From an uncultured Thermoanaerobaculia bacterium (GTDB lineage: Bacteria; Acidobacteriota; Thermoanaerobaculia; Multivoradales; Multivoraceae), in NCBI GenBank assembly GCA_951812325.1, contig OX638294.1, forward strand, positions 3,198,859 through 3,262,858: DNA of 64,000 nt, in the 5' to 3' direction. Both the position numbers and the translations under genes were made by a program. A model generated the notes under the pieces. The model did not search any database and was not told the origin of the DNA. It saw only the letters and a list, made by a program, of their open reading frames with translations. Of the stretch, positions 57,090 to 64,000 are shown in pieces. Each line of letters opens with the position of its first letter. Position 1 is the first letter of the stretch.

Positions 57090-58001
57090 ATGCCCGCTCG
57101 TTCCGTTGGCGCCGGCACCGTCTCGTTCGGTCTGGTTTCCATTCCCGTCAGGCTGTACTCGACGTCGGAGACCTCAGGCGGGGTCCGCTTCAACATGCTC
57201 GACCCGACCGACAACACGCGGCTCAAGCAGCAGTTGGTGAACCCCCGTACCGGCGAACTCGTCGAGCGCAAGGAGACGATCAAGGGCTACGAGTTCAGCA
57301 AGGGGCAGTACGTCACCTTCAGCAACGAGGAGATCAAGGAACTGCAGGAGAAGGCCTCGCCGGCAATCGAGATCACCGAGTTCGTGCCGCTCCAGGAGGT
57401 CGAGCCGATCTACTTCGAGAAGTCCTACTACCTGGGGCCGGAGAAGGGCGGCGAGCGCGCCTACCGGCTGCTCAGCGAGGCGATGCGAAGCACGGGCCGC
57501 TCGGCTCTGGCCAGGCACGCCGCGCGCGGAAAACAGTACCTGGTCATGCTGCGCCCCTTCGGCTCGGGTCTGCTGATGCAGCAGCTGAAGTACGAGGACG
57601 AGCTGAAGTCCTTCGACGAAGTGCCCCTGGGCGACGAAACCGAACTCAAGCCGGGCGAGCTCGAACTCGCGGTCCAGCTGATCGAGCAGATCGCCAACGA
57701 CGAGTTTCGGCCCGACCAGTACACGGACGAGGTGCGCAAGCGGCTGTGGGAGGCGATTCAGGGCAAGATCGAAGGCCGCGAGGTCGCCGAGGACGAGACG
57801 GAGGCGCCGGAGGCGCAGATCATCGACCTGATGGAGGCGCTCAAGGCGAGCCTCTCCGGGAATGGCGACGCCGACGCGGGTGATGCCGCGGACGAGCGTC
57901 GGCCGAAAGCCGGCGCCCGCGGGTCCGGCGGGGCGGCCAGGTCCGCGAAGAAGGAGCGCCGGGCGAAAGCGGAACCGGCGCGCAGAGCCGCATTTGGTTG
58001 A
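57090..58001 (+). CDS. ku: NHEJ end-binding protein Ku
   Basis: Internal ATG (MPARSVGAGTVSFGLVSIPVRLYS...) gives a typical bacterial Ku core with a basic C-terminal tail. Divergent from ligD. The track ORF's N-terminal extension is rejected. Confidence 0.9.
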   Translation: MPARSVGAGTVSFGLVSIPVRLYSTSETSGGVRFNMLDPTDNTRLKQQLVNPRTGELVERKETIKGYEFSKGQYVTFSNEEIKELQEKASPAIEITEFVPLQEVEPIYFEKSYYLGPEKGGERAYRLLSEAMRSTGRSALARHAARGKQYLVMLRPFGSGLLMQQLKYEDELKSFDEVPLGDETELKPGELELAVQLIEQIANDEFRPDQYTDEVRKRLWEAIQGKIEGREVAEDETEAPEAQIIDLMEALKASLSGNGDADAGDAADERRPKAGARGSGGAARSAKKERRAKAEPARRAAFG

Positions 58002-58193
58002 CGTGAGCCATCGCCGGTGAGCCCTCGCTGCGAGGGCGTCAGTCCGGTCGCCGTCTTTGTTCAACTGACTGGATCCGCGCACCCGCGTGGGCGGGGAGCG
58101 GCTAAGGTAATGCTTCGTTCCGGTCGTCCGTTTGGGGCCGTCCGGCCTTAGGTCAGCCAGAGCTGGCCGGTAGTCAACACAGGAGTCTTCGAG

Positions 58194-58721
58194 ATCGCAC
58201 CCCCATCCAGAGAGCCGCGCATCAACCACCGGATCCGGAAAAGCCCGGTACGGCTCATCGATCAGGACGGTACCCAGGTCGGTGTCGTCGCCTTGGATCA
58301 AGCCAGGACGCGCGCTCGGGCAGCCCGGCTTGATCTCGTTGAAGTGGGTCCCAACGCGGACCCGCCCGTCGTCCGTATCCTGGACTGGGGCAAGGTCAAG
58401 TTCGAACGCGACAAGAAGAAGAAGGAGTCGCGCCGCAAGGCGGCGACGGTCGATCTGAAGGAGGTCAAGTACCGACCCACGATCGACCCGCACGACTACC
58501 AGATCAAGACCGACCGGGCGCTGCGCTTCCTGCGGGAGGGCAAGAAGGTCAAGGTCACGATCTTCTTCCGCTATCGGCAGCTCCGCCGGCCCGAACTCGG
58601 CATCGCCATCCTGGACAAGGTGAGCGCCGCGATCGAGGGCGTGGGCGAGGTGGAGACCCGGTCCGGCCTGGAGGGCCGTCAGATGACGATGGTCCTGAAC
58701 CCGGTCGAGCAGGCAGACTGA
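58194..58721 (+). CDS. infC: Translation initiation factor IF-3
   Basis: Homology to E. coli IF3 (REPRINHRIRKSPVRLIDQDGTQVGVVAL... vs [29 protein letters not shown]) extends upstream of the track's ATG (58293). The open frame begins after TAG at 58149 with no ATG/GTG/TTG. AGGAG at 58181-58185 lies 8 nt before ATC 58194, so a non-canonical AUC start is inferred. Confidence 0.75.
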   Translation: MAPPSREPRINHRIRKSPVRLIDQDGTQVGVVALDQARTRARAARLDLVEVGPNADPPVVRILDWGKVKFERDKKKKESRRKAATVDLKEVKYRPTIDPHDYQIKTDRALRFLREGKKVKVTIFFRYRQLRRPELGIAILDKVSAAIEGVGEVETRSGLEGRQMTMVLNPVEQAD

Positions 58722-58842
58722 GGCCGAACCCGGGGGCCGCCGCTTGAGCGGCGGGCTGATCAGGCGCGTCCCGGCAGCCGTCTTCGCGATCGTCCATCAC
58801 CGCGAAGATCACGAGCCCCGAGTCGGCGGCGTTGCTGGTCCG

Positions 58843-61850
<3,008 letters not shown>

Positions 61851-61852
<2 letters not shown>

Positions 61853-62100
61853 CAGCGGTACGATGACCGCCATGCCAGCGCCCGCCCGGCGACCGCCCGG
61901 CGCCCGTCTCGACCGACCACGACACGTCGGGCGACAGCGGTACGATGACCAGCCATGCCAGCGCCCCGGCGACCGTCTCGACCGACTGCGACACGTCGGG
62001 TGACAGCGGTACGATGACCGCCATGCCAGTGCCCGCCCGGAGACCGTCTCGACCGACTGCGGCACGTCGGGTGACAGCGGTACGATGACCCGCCATGCCA
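61851..62100. repeat. Tandem repeat (units 82, 69, 71 bp, plus a partial fourth) immediately upstream of and running into the MT-A70 MTase start
   Basis: Units begin at 61851, 61933, 62002 and 62073 with gacagcggtacgatgacc(n)ccatgccag(c/t)gc... Each copy reproduces the ATGCCAGCGC start context of the MTase gene. The first copy starts at the M1 peptidase stop codon. Confidence 0.85.
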
Positions 62101-62733
62101 GCGCACGAGCACTTGGCGGCGGCCGACTTCGAGCGGACGTACGCGGGTAGCGTCTTCGGCACCGTCCTGGCGGATCCGCCGTGGCAGTTCCTGAACCGCA
62201 CCGGCAAGGTGGCGCCCGAGCACCGCCGCCTGAGCCGCTACGCGACCCTTTCGCAGACCGAGATTGAAGCAATCCCGGTCGCCGCGGCCTGCGCCGAGGC
62301 CGCCCACCTCTACCTCTGGGTACCCAATGCCCTCGTCCAGGAGGGCCTGGACGTGATGAAGCGCTGGGGTTTCACCTACAAGACGAACCTGGTCTGGCAC
62401 AAGGTGCGCAAGGACGGCGGCCCCGACGGTCGGGGAGTCGGCTTCTACTTCCGCAACACGACCGAACTCGTCCTGTTCGGCGTCCGCGGAAAGCTCCGCA
62501 CGCTGGCGCCGGGCCGGCGGCAGGTGAACATCATCCGCTCGCGCAAGCGGGAACACTCGCGCAAACCGGACGAACTGTACGAGATCATCGAAGCGTGCAG
62601 CCCCGGCCCCTACCTGGAGTTGTTCGCCCGCGGCCGCCACTCCGAACTCTGGACCGCCTGGGGCGACCAGAGCGACGGCTACGAGCCGGATTGGCCCACC
62701 TACGCGAACGCCAGCGGCGGCGTGGACCGCTAA
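62095..62733 (+). CDS. MT-A70-family N6-adenine methyltransferase
   Basis: 212 aa with the catalytic DPPW motif (VLADPPWQF) and conserved WVPN, FYFRNTTELVLFGVRGK. Confidence 0.8.
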   Translation: MPAHEHLAAADFERTYAGSVFGTVLADPPWQFLNRTGKVAPEHRRLSRYATLSQTEIEAIPVAAACAEAAHLYLWVPNALVQEGLDVMKRWGFTYKTNLVWHKVRKDGGPDGRGVGFYFRNTTELVLFGVRGKLRTLAPGRRQVNIIRSRKREHSRKPDELYEIIEACSPGPYLELFARGRHSELWTAWGDQSDGYEPDWPTYANASGGVDR

Positions 62734-62939
62734 CGGGCGGTGGTCTGGCTCGGCGCCCGCCGCCCGGCTCGAAGGCGCCGCCCCGCCGGCGTGTACCGCT
62801 AACGGGCGGTGGTCTGGCTCGGCGCCCGCAGCCCGGCTTTGAAGGCGCCGCCCCGCCGGCGTGTACCGCTAACGGGCGGTGGTCTGGCTCGGCGCCCGCC
62901 GCCCGGCTTGAAGGCGCCGTCCCGCCGGCGTCAGGCGAT
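62731..62939. repeat. About 70-bp tandem repeat x3 spanning the convergent 3' ends of the MT-A70 MTase (+) and fic (-)
   Basis: Units begin at 62731, 62800 and 62870 with taacgggcggtggtctggctcggcgcccgc(c/a)gcccggct...gtgtaccgc. Copy 1 supplies the MTase TAA; copy 3 supplies the fic stop (cta) and last 15 codons. Confidence 0.85.
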
Positions 62940-63921
62940 AGCGCTGGTCCTTCGCCCTCGGCGCCTCCGGTCGCGTCATCTCGATCAGGCCTGCTTGCAG
63001 GGCGGGTCCAAGGTATCCCTGACGCAGCCATTTTCGGTCGCGCAGGCCCAGTGCATCGAGCATCTCGCGCCTGGACATCTCTCCGTTCACTAGCTCCAGG
63101 AGCCGCTCTACTTGGGGGGGCACTTGCGGGGTTTCATGGGGGGTTACTTGGGGGGTTTCATGGGGGGTAGCCTGTCGCACCGCAGCGAGGATTGCGTCCA
63201 GCATGAAACGGATGAACGGTGTGCTCCCGCCTTGCCTGGAACTCTCTTCGATGGCCGTGTAGTACTCGGGCTGGCAAGCCTGCACGACGCTCTCCACCGG
63301 CACGTGGGCGAACATCGGCTTCCAGCGGCTGAGGATCAGGGTCTGCCACAGCCGGCCGAGGCGGCCGTTGCCGTCCTCGAAGGGATGAATGAACTCGAAC
63401 TCGTAGTGAAACACGGAGCTCGCGATCAGCGGGTGCTCCTCGGCGCCCCGCAGCCGGCTCAGGAGGTCCGCCATCAGCCCCGGCACGCGGTCTGCCGGCG
63501 GACCGATGTGGTGTACGCCGTCAGGGCCGATCACGCCCACGGCGGTGGTGCGGTATCGACCGGGTGTTGCGGCCAGTCCGGTCATCAGCGCTCGGTGAGC
63601 CCCGAGCAGGTCGTCCTCGCTCGCCGGCGTCCAATCCCCGGCCAGGTCGTAGGCCGCGTTCGCGTTGCGCACCTCCTGCACGTCCTTCGGCGGCCCTGCG
63701 ACCCGCTTGCCGTCAAGAATCGCCGACACCTGCTCCTCGGACAGCACGTTGCCCTCGATGGCCACGGAACCGTGAACCGTACGAACGCGGGCTTCCCGCC
63801 GCAGTTGCAGGTCCAGCCCCAGGCCGGCTGCTTCGGCCCGCCCGATCGCCTCACCGATCTGCTCCACCAGGAACAGGATCCCGGGCGTGATCGTGTAGGG
63901 CGGCGCCGCGGCAGCGGTCAT
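62869..63921 (-). CDS. Fic-family protein (AMPylation/phosphocholination-type fold)
   Basis: 350 aa. Canonical Fic motif HPFEDGNGRLGR. Contains a small TPHETPQV x2 internal repeat. Confidence 0.85.
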   Translation of the reverse strand: MTAAAAPPYTITPGILFLVEQIGEAIGRAEAAGLGLDLQLRREARVRTVHGSVAIEGNVLSEEQVSAILDGKRVAGPPKDVQEVRNANAAYDLAGDWTPASEDDLLGAHRALMTGLAATPGRYRTTAVGVIGPDGVHHIGPPADRVPGLMADLLSRLRGAEEHPLIASSVFHYEFEFIHPFEDGNGRLGRLWQTLILSRWKPMFAHVPVESVVQACQPEYYTAIEESSRQGGSTPFIRFMLDAILAAVRQATPHETPQVTPHETPQVPPQVERLLELVNGEMSRREMLDALGLRDRKWLRQGYLGPALQAGLIEMTRPEAPRAKDQRYRLTPAGRRLQAGRRAPSQTTAR

Positions 63922-64000
63922 GCCAACACTCTTGCACAGCCTGTTCCGCGGAGGTCCAGGCGCCTTCGGGGTCCTCCGCCACGGTACGATGGGGCCACCC

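Noticed and set aside
58021-58060. Hairpin gccctcg-ctg-cgagggc after ku as intrinsic terminator
   Set aside because: The U-tract is displaced about 16 nt from the stem. Too weak to annotate.

Overview
High-GC (~70%) Gram-negative-type chromosomal segment. Housekeeping genes (xerD, clpB, cbpA-like dnaJ, recA, murB, infC, ggt, fdxA, TRAP dctPQM, NHEJ ligD-ku, class III ADH, and a 2-oxoacid:ferredoxin oxidoreductase fragment at the window edge) are interspersed with accessory material. Many long Arg/Ala/Pro-rich ORFs in the track are antisense or off-frame artefacts of the GC content and were not called. The most interesting locus is 7.0-13.7 kb, which looks somewhat less GC-rich by eye. It contains a 17-bp inverted repeat around a CDGSH/orphan DinJ pair, a 5' fragment of an N6/N4 methyltransferase (MTase), and a Vsr endonuclease. 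Vsr converges on a tightly translationally coupled three-gene operon: Dcm-like C5 cytosine MTase, then a 993-aa protein with an N-terminal MORC/Hsp90-like GHKL ATPase and a C-terminal histidine kinase, then a REC-domain protein with an unknown C-terminal domain. I read this as a candidate modification-linked two-component defence or signalling cassette, with no characterised system I know of that it matches. A second candidate accessory cassette is three coupled genes at 30.9-33.3 kb ending in an MBL-fold hydrolase. The 53.9-62.9 kb region has three separate 70-88-bp tandem triplications sitting exactly on gene termini: the ligD 3' end, the 5' start region of an MT-A70 adenine MTase, and the shared 3' ends of MT-A70 and fic. 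Other points: a vapBC toxin-antitoxin pair, infC starting at AUC, an in-frame MFS/TonB-dependent-receptor-like fusion ORF, and a dispersed ~55-nt intergenic repeat upstream of the dnaJ-clpB operon and of an Omp85-like outer-membrane protein gene. No rRNA, tRNA or CRISPR array was recognised.
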